NCBI GenBank assembly: GCA_036270875.1
Contig: DATBBR010000070.1
Location: 5,002-69,001 of the forward strand
Reading direction: 5' to 3'
Source of the DNA: Acidimicrobiales bacterium
GTDB taxonomy: Bacteria; Actinomycetota; Acidimicrobiia; Acidimicrobiales; AC-9
Length of the DNA stretch: 64,000 bases
Shown: positions 9,034-19,029 of the stretch, in pieces
How positions within the stretch are numbered: position 1 is the stretch's first letter
Layout of the letters: every line of letters begins with the position of its first letter
Notes under the pieces: model-generated
Told to the model about the DNA's origin: nothing
Database searches by the model: none
Seen by the model: the letters and a program-made list of their open reading frames with translations, nothing else
Translations under genes and position numbers: made by a program

Positions 9034-10290
9034 TCAATCCACCGCGAAGCTCATCTGGCGGACCCACTTGGTGTTGTGCACACCCGGCGCGGCGGGGACG
9101 ATGACCCGGGCCGGGTAGCCGTGGTCGGGCGAGAGGTCCACACCGTTGACCCGGAGAGCGAGCAGGGAACGGGAATCGGCGACCTGGTACCCGCTGAGCG
9201 TGGCCTGCCCGAAGGCGCCGTTCACTTCGAGGGACTGCACATAGACCGAGCGGGGCGCGTGCGCGCCCGCCATACGGGCGAGGTCGGCCAGACGGACACC
9301 GGTCCACGTCTGCTCGGTCGACCAGCCTTCCACGCAGGCGATGGGCAGGCGGTACGTGTGCTGAGGAAGGGAGAGCAGCTCGGGGCGCGAGAGCTGTCGG
9401 ACCACCGGGCCCTGCAGCACCAGGCGCCACGCGTCACCGGTGAGCTCGGGACGGATACCGGCCGCGCCCGCCGTGCGGTTGATCTGGAAGTCGGTGGGAC
9501 CGCCCCCGTACGAACGTCCTCGGGGGGCCAACAGCGCGGTGCTGCGCAGGGCATCGACCGACTCACCGAGAGTGAGGGCGAGCACGACGAACGAGGCGCC
9601 CCCCACGACCCCGAGCAGACCGCGTCGCGAGATCGTGGGCGCGGAAGGGGCGACCGGTGCCAGGCCGTCGGGTTCCGGAGGTTCGGGGACGGTCTCGGCG
9701 ACACCGGTCCGTAGTTCCGCCCGCAGGCTCCGGCTGCGGAGCGCCGTCACCAGTCGAGGCGTCTTCAGCACGACATGAACGGTGAAGCCGGCGAGGAAGG
9801 CCCAGGCCCCGAAGAAGTGGGCGTCGTAGAAGGAGAACTTCCACGGGTAGAAGTACTCGACGTTGAAGATGCCGGTGAAGAACTCGAACACCGCGCCGCC
9901 GACCAGCAGCACCAGGCTGGCCCGTTCGAGCGCATAGGCGATCGAACGGATAGGGGGCCACGCGAACAGCCTCGGGATGACCGACCACAGCTTGGCCAGC
10001 AGCACCGGCGTGAGGACCAGGCCCAGGATCACGTGCGTGCCCTGGCTGACCCGGTAGACCCACGACGGGTTGGTGATCCAGCTGAAGAGGTAGAAGCCCA
10101 GCACCCCGTGCGCCGGCGTGGTGTCGTTGTGGGCGAGCCGCGGGTTGTAGGCGGCGTAGGAGACGAGCCCGGTCACGACGAGTACCGGGATCCCGATCAG
10201 CAGGACCGAGCCCAGCACGCTCGTCAGCCATGGCCCCCGAAGCGGGCTTCGCCAGACTCTGGGCCGGAACGGCCACGGTGGGCGACGCAT
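9034..10290 (-). CDS. membrane-anchored molybdopterin-dependent oxidoreductase (sulfite-oxidase/MsrP-like catalytic domain fused to an N-terminal multi-TM domain)
   Basis: The N-terminal ~200 aa has 4-5 TM helices. The C-terminal domain carries ACVEGWS ... DHGYPARVIVPAAPGVHNTKWV, typical of the Oxidored_molyb family. ATG at 10290 is preferred over the TTG at 10293. Confidence 0.85.
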   Translation of the reverse strand: MRRPPWPFRPRVWRSPLRGPWLTSVLGSVLLIGIPVLVVTGLVSYAAYNPRLAHNDTTPAHGVLGFYLFSWITNPSWVYRVSQGTHVILGLVLTPVLLAKLWSVIPRLFAWPPIRSIAYALERASLVLLVGGAVFEFFTGIFNVEYFYPWKFSFYDAHFFGAWAFLAGFTVHVVLKTPRLVTALRSRSLRAELRTGVAETVPEPPEPDGLAPVAPSAPTISRRGLLGVVGGASFVVLALTLGESVDALRSTALLAPRGRSYGGGPTDFQINRTAGAAGIRPELTGDAWRLVLQGPVVRQLSRPELLSLPQHTYRLPIACVEGWSTEQTWTGVRLADLARMAGAHAPRSVYVQSLEVNGAFGQATLSGYQVADSRSLLALRVNGVDLSPDHGYPARVIVPAAPGVHNTKWVRQMSFAVD

Positions 10291-10411
10291 CAAGGGGTAT
10301 AGTGCCCGCTCGCATCCGCCCCTTACCGTCGATGAGCGACAGTTCAGACTTCTTTAATTCCTTGGCGCCCGCGTACCGGGCCGCCGGGTGGGGACCCTAC
10401 GGTGGACTTCC

Positions 10412-11506
10412 ATGTCCCGGGCTTGGCGGTGGATCGTGGTGGCGGGTGGCGTCGCCGTCCTGATCGCCATCCCCCCCGCCGTGGGCGCCCTCCCGGTCTC
10501 GGTCACCGCCCCGCCACCGGCCGTCCTTCTCCAGCGGGTGGTCCACTCCACGGCCGTCCCCTATCAGGGGTACGCGCTCAGCGAGGCGAACTTGGGCCTA
10601 CCCGACGTCGCCCAGGCCGGCGACGCGACCGATCTGCTGAACAACACCTCCCGCCTGCGGGCGTGGGTGGACGGCACCGACCGTTGGCGGGTCGACCAGG
10701 TCTCCACGGTCGGGGAGAAGGACACCTACGCGGACCAGGGCGGCGTGTGGATGTGGGACTCCGGGCATCACAAGACGACGCGCGTCGAAGGCCAACCTGG
10801 GGCCCGGCTGGCGCGCCCTACCGACCTCCTTCCTCCCGAGCTGGGAAGGCTCCTGGCCGCGGCGGCCACCGCCGACGAGGTGCGCGCCGTGGGACCGAGG
10901 CGAGTGGCCAACGTCGCCGCCGCCGGGATCCGGATCACGCCGCACACCAACGCCACCACCATCGCAGCCGTCGACCTCTGGGTCGATCCCGGGAGCGGTC
11001 TCCCGCTGGAGGTGGCGATCTACGCCAAGGGGAGCTCGCGCGCCGCGCTGCGGTCGCGGTTCCTGGACGTCTCGCAGTCGCGGCCCTCGTCGTCGCTGGT
11101 GACCTTCCAGCCGCCATCGGGTGCGATCGACTACCACGACTGGGACGACGTCGACATCGCGGCCCGCATCGACCAGCGGTCTCCGATCCTGCTTCCGAAC
11201 GTCCTCGGGTCGCTCGTCCGGAGGACTTCCCGCCCTGCGGCCGTCGCGACCTACGGGGCTGGCTTCTCGGTCGTGGCCGCCGTCGGCATCCCCGGACAAG
11301 TCGGGGGCCAACTCGAGCGGCAGCTGGCCCGCCTCCCGACGATCGACACCCCGGTAGGTCAAGGGCGGCTGGTGCAGACGCCGTTGCTCAACGGGCTCGT
11401 GGTGTCGAACGGTGGCGCGCTCTACGCCATCATCGGTGCCGTTCCTCCCGGTCAGCTCGCCGGCCTAGCCGGGAGCCTTCCGTACCTGGGAGTTGCACCG
11501 CTATGA
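10412..11506 (+). CDS. membrane-anchored/secreted LolA- or RseB-like protein (tentative)
   Basis: N-terminal hydrophobic anchor (WRWIVVAGGVAVLIAIPPAVGA) and a beta-rich body. Its stop overlaps the start of the downstream ABC ATPase (ATGA). An alternative GTG start is at 10388. The family call is from memory only. Confidence 0.6.
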   Translation: MSRAWRWIVVAGGVAVLIAIPPAVGALPVSVTAPPPAVLLQRVVHSTAVPYQGYALSEANLGLPDVAQAGDATDLLNNTSRLRAWVDGTDRWRVDQVSTVGEKDTYADQGGVWMWDSGHHKTTRVEGQPGARLARPTDLLPPELGRLLAAAATADEVRAVGPRRVANVAAAGIRITPHTNATTIAAVDLWVDPGSGLPLEVAIYAKGSSRAALRSRFLDVSQSRPSSSLVTFQPPSGAIDYHDWDDVDIAARIDQRSPILLPNVLGSLVRRTSRPAAVATYGAGFSVVAAVGIPGQVGGQLERQLARLPTIDTPVGQGRLVQTPLLNGLVVSNGGALYAIIGAVPPGQLAGLAGSLPYLGVAPL

Positions 11507-12468
11507 GCGCGGTGATCGAGACCAGCGGGCTGATCAAGCACTACGGCACGGTCACCGCCGTGGAGCGCCTGGACCTCGAGGTGGAGGAGGGCGATCTCTA
11601 CGGATTCCTCGGACCGAACGGGTCGGGCAAGTCGACAACCGTGCGAATGCTCCTCGGCCTGGTCTTCCCCAGCGCCGGGCGGATCCGCGTGCTCGGTCGC
11701 GACATGCCCGCCGAGGGGCGATCGGTCCTGCCGGCGATCGGCGCCATCGTGGAGGAGCCCGGCTTCTACGGCCACCTGTCGGGCGCCAGGAACCTCGCCC
11801 TCATCGAAGCGGCGAGACGGGACGACACGCGCGCCGGCCGTAGGCGCCGGATCGGCGACGCCATCGACAAGGTGGGGCTTCTGGGCGCCGCCCGGCGCCC
11901 GGTGAAGGCCTACTCGACGGGCATGAAGCAGCGCCTGGCCATCGCCGCCGTGCTGCTCCGGCGCCCCCGCCTCGTCATCCTCGACGAGCCGACAAACGGT
12001 TTGGACCCACAGGGGATCCACGAGATCCGCGACCTGCTCCGCGAGCTCGTGACCCAGGGGACGACCGTCTTCCTCTCCAGCCACCTGCTCGCCGAGGTCG
12101 AGCTGATCTGCAACAGGGCGGCGATCATGTCCGACGGCCGCCTGCTGGCCCAGGGCGATGTCACTCAGCTGCTGGCGCCGACCGGTCGCGTCCGGGTCGA
12201 GACCCCTGACGCGAGCACCGCCGTCGAGCTGGCCCCGACCATCGGCGGGGTCACGGTCCACGACCGGACGCCGAGCTCGGTGGTCCTGGCCCTCGACGGG
12301 AAGGCCCCGGAGGAGCTCAACCGGGTGCTGGTCGAGAAGGGCGTGCGGGTGCGGGAGCTCATAATCGAGCGGCGCCGGCTGGAGGATCTGTTCCTGGACC
12401 TCACGGGCCACCAGACCGCCGACCGGAGCACGCCGAGGGAAGGGCACGGGGACAGTGCTGCGGGTTGA
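11503..12468 (+). CDS. ABC transporter ATP-binding protein (ABC-2/DrrA-like exporter type)
   Basis: Walker A GPNGSGKST, signature YSTGMKQRL and Walker B LVILDEPTNGLD. This is the last 321 aa of the 688-aa track ORF. Confidence 0.9.
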   Translation: MSAVIETSGLIKHYGTVTAVERLDLEVEEGDLYGFLGPNGSGKSTTVRMLLGLVFPSAGRIRVLGRDMPAEGRSVLPAIGAIVEEPGFYGHLSGARNLALIEAARRDDTRAGRRRRIGDAIDKVGLLGAARRPVKAYSTGMKQRLAIAAVLLRRPRLVILDEPTNGLDPQGIHEIRDLLRELVTQGTTVFLSSHLLAEVELICNRAAIMSDGRLLAQGDVTQLLAPTGRVRVETPDASTAVELAPTIGGVTVHDRTPSSVVLALDGKAPEELNRVLVEKGVRVRELIIERRRLEDLFLDLTGHQTADRSTPREGHGDSAAG

Positions 12469-13258
12469 GCTTTACAAGATGATCGTGCGCCCCCGCACCT
12501 GGCTCATCATCACGGTGCTCACCGGGTTGCCCGTCGTGGTGGGCGTCCTGCTCAAGGTAACTGGAGTGGCTCCCCGGCCGGGAACGGGCCCGCCCCTGCT
12601 GGCCGAGGTGCTCAGCAACGGCAGCCTGTTCCCCGTCGCCGCCCTCGGCCTCGTGCTGCCGCTGTTCCTGCCCGTGGCCGTGGCCATGGTCGGCGGGGAA
12701 GCCGTCGCTGGCGAGGCGGCGGGGGGCACGCTCCGTTACCTGCTGATCCGGCCTGTCTCGCGCGGCTACCTCCTGCTCGCCAAGCTGGCGACGGTCAGCA
12801 TCTTCGTGGTGCTGGCGGTCGTCGTGATCGCCGCGGTGGGCTTCATCGTGGGAGCGTCGCTCTTCGGCGTCCATCCGCTCGCCACCGTCTCGGGTCAGAC
12901 CGTTCCGGCCCAGGACGCGACCCTGCGCATCTTCGTCGCCGTGGTGTTCGCCATGGTCTCGATGCTCGGCGTCGCCGCCATCGCCCTGTTCGCATCGGTG
13001 CTCACCGACTCGCCCGTCGGAGCCGGCCTGGGAGCCATCGCCGTGCTCGTGTGCTCCGAGGTCTTCGACCTGCTCGACGCCGCCGCCGTGCTCAAGCCGT
13101 ACCTCCCCACGCACTACTGGCTGTCGTTCGTGGACATCTTCCGGTTCCCCATCCTCTGGCACAACGTGGCCCGAGGCTTCCTCATCCAGGCTGTCTACAT
13201 CCTCATCTTCCTTGGGGCCGCCTGGGCGAGGTTCTCGACCAAAGACATCACGAGCTGA
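12455..13258 (+). CDS. ABC-2 family transporter permease
   Basis: 267-aa protein with 6 TM helices. It overlaps the ATPase gene by 14 nt. Confidence 0.85.
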   Translation: MLRVELYKMIVRPRTWLIITVLTGLPVVVGVLLKVTGVAPRPGTGPPLLAEVLSNGSLFPVAALGLVLPLFLPVAVAMVGGEAVAGEAAGGTLRYLLIRPVSRGYLLLAKLATVSIFVVLAVVVIAAVGFIVGASLFGVHPLATVSGQTVPAQDATLRIFVAVVFAMVSMLGVAAIALFASVLTDSPVGAGLGAIAVLVCSEVFDLLDAAAVLKPYLPTHYWLSFVDIFRFPILWHNVARGFLIQAVYILIFLGAAWARFSTKDITS

Positions 13259-13317
13259 GGGGGACAGCGGCGCCGCCCTGCGTCGCCGTGAGGTCGACCG
13301 CGTCTACGCTTCCGCCC

Positions 13318-13812
13318 ATGCGCCGGCGCTCGGACGCTCGAGGCGGTCGCGCCGGTGACGGCAGCTCCGTGGTTCATCGCACGGTCGAGATCGACCTCGA
13401 CATCTACACCTTCGACATCGACTTCGCAGGCCACGTCAGCAACATCACCTACATCCGCTGGCTGGAGATCGGGCGTCTTCAGCTGCTCGTCGACGCTGGC
13501 ATGCCCACGCCCGAGCTCCTCGCCGAGGGGCTGGCACCGTTGCTCGTGCGCACCGAGATCGACTACCGACTCCCGCTGAGGCTCGGGGACCCCGTGCACC
13601 TGTCGCTGGACCTGGCCGAGCTGCGGGCCGCGTCGGCGGCCATCGACTTCCGCATCACCTCGAACGGCCGGCTGGCGGCGGCGGCCCGGCAGCTCGGGAT
13701 CTTCGTCAAGCTGGACACGGGCAAGCCCACCCCGATCACCCCTGACCGCCGTGCTCGGTTCACGCCCTATCTCCAGCAGGAGCCGTCCGATCGCGAAAGA
13801 CTGGAATCGTGA
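13318..13812 (+). CDS. acyl-CoA thioesterase, 4HBT/YbgC-like hotdog fold
   Basis: FDIDFAGHVSNITYIRWLEIGR matches the D..GHV.N..Y hotdog thioesterase motif. The ATG at 13318 is the first in-frame Met before the domain. The start is uncertain. Confidence 0.75.
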   Translation: MRRRSDARGGRAGDGSSVVHRTVEIDLDIYTFDIDFAGHVSNITYIRWLEIGRLQLLVDAGMPTPELLAEGLAPLLVRTEIDYRLPLRLGDPVHLSLDLAELRAASAAIDFRITSNGRLAAAARQLGIFVKLDTGKPTPITPDRRARFTPYLQQEPSDRERLES

Positions 13813-14159
13813 GAACGCTCGGTGTCCATCACGTCTCGATCAAGGTCGCCGACACCCGGGAGGCGATTCGCTTCTACTGCGACGTGCTCGGTCTCTCGGC
13901 GCGAAGCGACCGACCGGACCTCGGCTTCGGCGGGGCCTGGCTCGACGCCGGCGGCCAGCAGGTCCACCTGGTGGAAGGCGAGCTGCCCCAGGACCAGGGT
14001 CAGCACTTCGCCCTCCAGGTCGACGACCTGGGCGCGGCGATCGACGAGCTGCGGTCCCGTGGCGTCAGCGTGAGCGATCCCATTCCCATCGCCAGCGCCC
14101 AGCAGGCCTTCGTCAACGACCCCGACGGCAACCTCATCGAGCTGCACCAGCCCGGCTGA
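13809..14159 (+). CDS. VOC-family (glyoxalase/bleomycin-resistance/dioxygenase) protein
   Basis: VHHVSIKVADTREAIRFYCDVLGL ... HFALQVDDL ... DPDGNLIELHQ. The GTG start overlaps the thioesterase stop. Confidence 0.85.
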   Translation: MRTLGVHHVSIKVADTREAIRFYCDVLGLSARSDRPDLGFGGAWLDAGGQQVHLVEGELPQDQGQHFALQVDDLGAAIDELRSRGVSVSDPIPIASAQQAFVNDPDGNLIELHQPG

Positions 14160-14243
14160 ATCGCCCGGCAGGGCGCGGCACCCGTCTGTAAACGCCGACC
14201 AGCTTGATCTGCGCTGCGACCAGGGCATATTCTCCTGCCCGCT

Positions 14244-16193
14244 TTGGGCGATTTGTCCGAAGGACGACAGTGCGCAGCTGGGGAAGGGGAGCCCGACACC
14301 GTGCAACGGGTCGATCGTCGTCTCGCCACGTATCAAGGCGACGCCAGGGCTGGCGACATCGATGCCATGTACAACCTGGCGGTCTCGCTCGAAGCGCGAC
14401 AGATGTGGGCCGGTGCCCGACTGTGGTACGGCCGGGCGGCAGCTGCCGGCGACGTCGACGCCATGTTCAACCTGGCCGTCCTGTTCGACCGATTGGGGCA
14501 ACCGGCCGAAGCCACCAGATGGTTCCGGCGAGCAGCCTCGGCAGGGGACCACGAAGCGCGGCTGACCTTCGACCCGCCGCTCGAGTCGATCCGCCATGCA
14601 TACCGCGACCCGGTGCTCGACACCGCACCCGTCGCCGACGCAGCCGACGATGCTGTCGATGCTCGCCCCGGCCTGACGCGGGTCTCTCTGAGCCCTTCGA
14701 CCCGTCGATGGCGCTGGCTTGTCGGTTCCATCGTCCTGGTTGCGGGGATCTGGCCCATCGTGGGGTCCATCTGGCTCTTCCCGAGCCTCACACGAAACGC
14801 CGACGAGGTTGTCTGGCTCGCCCAGGCCGAGGTGCTCGAGTCGGGATCGCTGACAGCACCCGCCCCGGCCAAGCACCCGGAGAGCTACCGGCCTTGGTTC
14901 GCCTCCATGCGGGACGGGCGGTATGTCTACCGGTACGCGCCGCTGTTTCCCGCCGTCCTCGCCGCCTCCGACCTCGTCACCGGCACGCCTCGGACCGGGC
15001 TCGGTCTTGTCAGCGCCTGGGCCATTCTCGCCGTCTACCTCCTCGTCGCCGAGCTCGTGAGGCGGCGAGGTACAGCGCTCCTCGCTGCCGTCCTGGTCGG
15101 AACCAGCCCTCTCTTCTTCCTGACGTCGGCGATGTTCCTCGGGTACGTGTTCTTCATCGGGGCCTTTTGTACAGCCGCATGGCTCCTCGTCCGGGGGGCA
15201 CGTACCGATCGGAGTGCTGACCTCGTCCTTGCCGGCGCCGCATTCGGCCTCGCCATCTTCCACCGCCCCTACGACGCGCTGTGGCTCGGCGTGCCGTGGC
15301 TGGCGTGGTTCGCGTGGAGATCTCGCCGGAAGACGCCAAAGGCCATCCTCCTCGTCGCCGTCGGTGCCCTCCCGGTTTTCGTCGCCATGCTGATCTACAA
15401 CTGGCATCTCACAGGCGATGCGTTGAAGCCGCCGTTCCTGCTCTGGGATCCGAGAGACACCGTCGGTTTCGGACTCCACTCCTTGTCGCCAACCGACCCG
15501 CAAGTTGAGTTCACCTTCAGTATGGGCCTGACGGGAGTGGGCCACTTCTGGGAGGACCTGCTCCTGTGGACCGTGCCTGGCCTACCGCTCCTCGCCGGAG
15601 CGAGCCTTCTCGTGCTGAGAACGGCAGGGCGACGGCTGGCCCCGCTGGCGGGGATGCTGCCGGCCCTGACATTCGGATGGATCGGCTTCTGGGGGAGCTA
15701 CTACGCACAGTTCCGTAATCAGCTCGGCCCGATGTACTTTCTCCCGCTCGTCGTGCCCTTGGCGGCCCTGACAGCCGTCGGTGCAACCGCTCTGGTGCAG
15801 GCGATTCGTCGCCCTGCCCACCGGGCTCTCGCGTACGCCGTCGGGGGGTGTCTCCTCGCTGCCGCGCTCGTCGAGGGTGGCGCCCACGCTGCTGCATGGC
15901 AGCCGAAGGCGAGAACGGCTGCACGTGTCGTCTGGCAGCTGCCGAGTCCCGCCTCGCTGTCAAGGGCAGTCGGTGGAACCGGTCGCACCCGGGCGATCAT
16001 CTTCCTGCCCGAGGCGTTCGTCGGCTTCCTCCCCCCTCTCCACAACACGCCGCAGCTCGACGGCACGCGGCTGTATGTGGCTGACCGTCCCGGCACAAAT
16101 GACCTGGCGATCGTGGCGGCGCATCCCGACCGGGCCGTGTTCCGGCTCGTCGCCGCCCTCGATGGCTCTGTTCGTCTCCAACGTCTGCGCTGA
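14244..16193 (+). CDS. Sel1-repeat domain fused to a GT-C-fold (PMT_2-like) membrane glycosyltransferase
   Basis: The N-terminus has two Sel1-like repeats (GDIDAMYNLAVSLEARQMWAGARLWYGRAAAAGDVDAMFNLAVLFDRLGQPAEATRWFRRAASAGDHEA). About 11 TM segments with ArnT/PMT-like spacing follow. An alternative GTG start at 14301 sits behind GGGGAAGGGGAG. Confidence 0.8.
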   Translation: MGDLSEGRQCAAGEGEPDTVQRVDRRLATYQGDARAGDIDAMYNLAVSLEARQMWAGARLWYGRAAAAGDVDAMFNLAVLFDRLGQPAEATRWFRRAASAGDHEARLTFDPPLESIRHAYRDPVLDTAPVADAADDAVDARPGLTRVSLSPSTRRWRWLVGSIVLVAGIWPIVGSIWLFPSLTRNADEVVWLAQAEVLESGSLTAPAPAKHPESYRPWFASMRDGRYVYRYAPLFPAVLAASDLVTGTPRTGLGLVSAWAILAVYLLVAELVRRRGTALLAAVLVGTSPLFFLTSAMFLGYVFFIGAFCTAAWLLVRGARTDRSADLVLAGAAFGLAIFHRPYDALWLGVPWLAWFAWRSRRKTPKAILLVAVGALPVFVAMLIYNWHLTGDALKPPFLLWDPRDTVGFGLHSLSPTDPQVEFTFSMGLTGVGHFWEDLLLWTVPGLPLLAGASLLVLRTAGRRLAPLAGMLPALTFGWIGFWGSYYAQFRNQLGPMYFLPLVVPLAALTAVGATALVQAIRRPAHRALAYAVGGCLLAAALVEGGAHAAAWQPKARTAARVVWQLPSPASLSRAVGGTGRTRAIIFLPEAFVGFLPPLHNTPQLDGTRLYVADRPGTNDLAIVAAHPDRAVFRLVAALDGSVRLQRLR

Positions 16194-16301
16194 TCAGCGC
16201 CACCGGCCTCCGGTCGGCCCGATCCCGGCGTGAAACGGCGACGGGGACAGAAGCCGGATCCTCGACCCGACTCCTGTCCCCGCCACCTCCGGGGGGAGTT
16301 G

Positions 16302-18151
<1,850 letters not shown>

Positions 18152-18278
18152 CTCCTAGGGCTGTCGTTCCGAACGCTTGCTCAGGACGATCGCCCGAGCA
18201 CCGATTGCCCGCCGGCCGCGCCGGCGTCTCGAATTACGTGAAGTTCCAGTCCAGGTCGTGACAGTGCGCCAGAGCTCC

Positions 18279-18824
18279 TCACCTCCTCCGGCGCTGCGGC
18301 GCCGTATAGCGCGCCGAGCTCGCCGGTCGTGGGCGCGCCGCCTCAGCTGCCGGGGCGGGTGAAGGAGCGAACCTGAGCCGCAGCCCCGACAACAACGAGG
18401 AGATGCGGCTGTCTGCCGCGGTGGTGGCCCGTGTCTGACGGGCGACCATCACCATGAGGAAGACGGCATAGAAGAAGAACAGGATCTGGATGTAGAACTC
18501 GGGGCCCCACGGCCCGACGGCCACCAGCAACGCCCCTCCCGCCATGAGCACGCCACGGCGAGTGATCGTCGCGGCGGCGAGGAGCCCCGAGAGCACCAGC
18601 CCGATGAGCAGATAGCTGGTCCCTGTGGCGCCGGTCGCGACCCGGCTGCCGAGGTTGGGCACCCAGAGAGCGGCGAACCCTCCAGCCGCGGTCACCGCCG
18701 CAAAGAGGCCGACCCAGCGGTGCCGGTCGGCCAGGCGGATCGTCAGGGGCCCAGGGCGTTCGCTGCCTTTGCTTCCCCCGGACCGAGGTCGGTCGAGAAC
18801 TGCGCGCGATGAGTTCGTTGCCAC
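18279..18824 (-). CDS. hypothetical 4-TM membrane protein
   Basis: Hydrophobic ORF directly upstream of amt on the same strand. The GTG at 18824 lies 9 nt behind GGAAGG. The track start (TTG 18833) is less likely. Confidence 0.55.
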   Translation of the reverse strand: MATNSSRAVLDRPRSGGSKGSERPGPLTIRLADRHRWVGLFAAVTAAGGFAALWVPNLGSRVATGATGTSYLLIGLVLSGLLAAATITRRGVLMAGGALLVAVGPWGPEFYIQILFFFYAVFLMVMVARQTRATTAADSRISSLLSGLRLRFAPSPAPAAEAARPRPASSARYTAPQRRRR

Positions 18825-18890
18825 GTCAGCCAACCCTTCCGTTAGGCATGGCGGAGAAGGTAAGGCTCGTACGTCACAGGCGTTCGACAG

Positions 18891-18989
18891 GCTGATTAAC
18901 AGCGCGTTAACAGCCTGACGCTCGGAACTGAAACAGAAGCGCTCGCTGATTAACGCGCCGTTTACATGCCCTGAAGCGACACGAAACAG
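18891..18989. promoter_or_regulatory. tandem ~54-bp operator-like units: GCTGATTAAC-n6-TTWAC-n17/18-GAAACAG, twice
   Basis: Unit 1 spans 18891-18936 and unit 2 spans 18945-18989. In unit 2 the pentamers TTAAC/TTTAC/TGAAG/GAAAC fall exactly every 11 nt (18950, 18961, 18972, 18983). The segment is AT-rich, sits in a GC-rich divergent intergenic region, and ends 41 nt before the wHTH regulator start. Confidence 0.5.
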
Positions 18990-19029
18990 CCGAGACGTAC
19001 GATCCGCTCACGACGGAGGAGGTGTCCAC

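Noticed and set aside
10402-12468. 688-aa plus-strand ORF.
   Set aside because: The first ~365 codons are an Arg/Pro-rich alternative frame over the LolA-like gene. Real coding (the ABC ATPase) begins at ATG 11503.
13767-15545. 592-aa minus-strand ORF.
   Set aside because: It is antisense to the VOC gene and the Sel1::GT-C gene. Its composition is dominated by Glu/Asp/Gly/Arg/Pro, and it has no TM or domain signature.
16243-16281. Possible bidirectional terminator hairpin (GGGGACAG ... CTGTCCCC) between the convergent GT-C and glnK genes.
   Set aside because: The stem is 8 bp, but the loop is 23 nt and no U/A tract follows on either strand. That is too weak to call from sequence alone.
18152-18278. 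Search for a canonical GlnR box (gTnAc-n6-GaAAc) directly upstream of amt.
   Set aside because: The best candidate on the minus strand (GTCAC-n6-GACTG) matches only the a-site well. The more convincing phased repeats lie further upstream, at 18891-18989.
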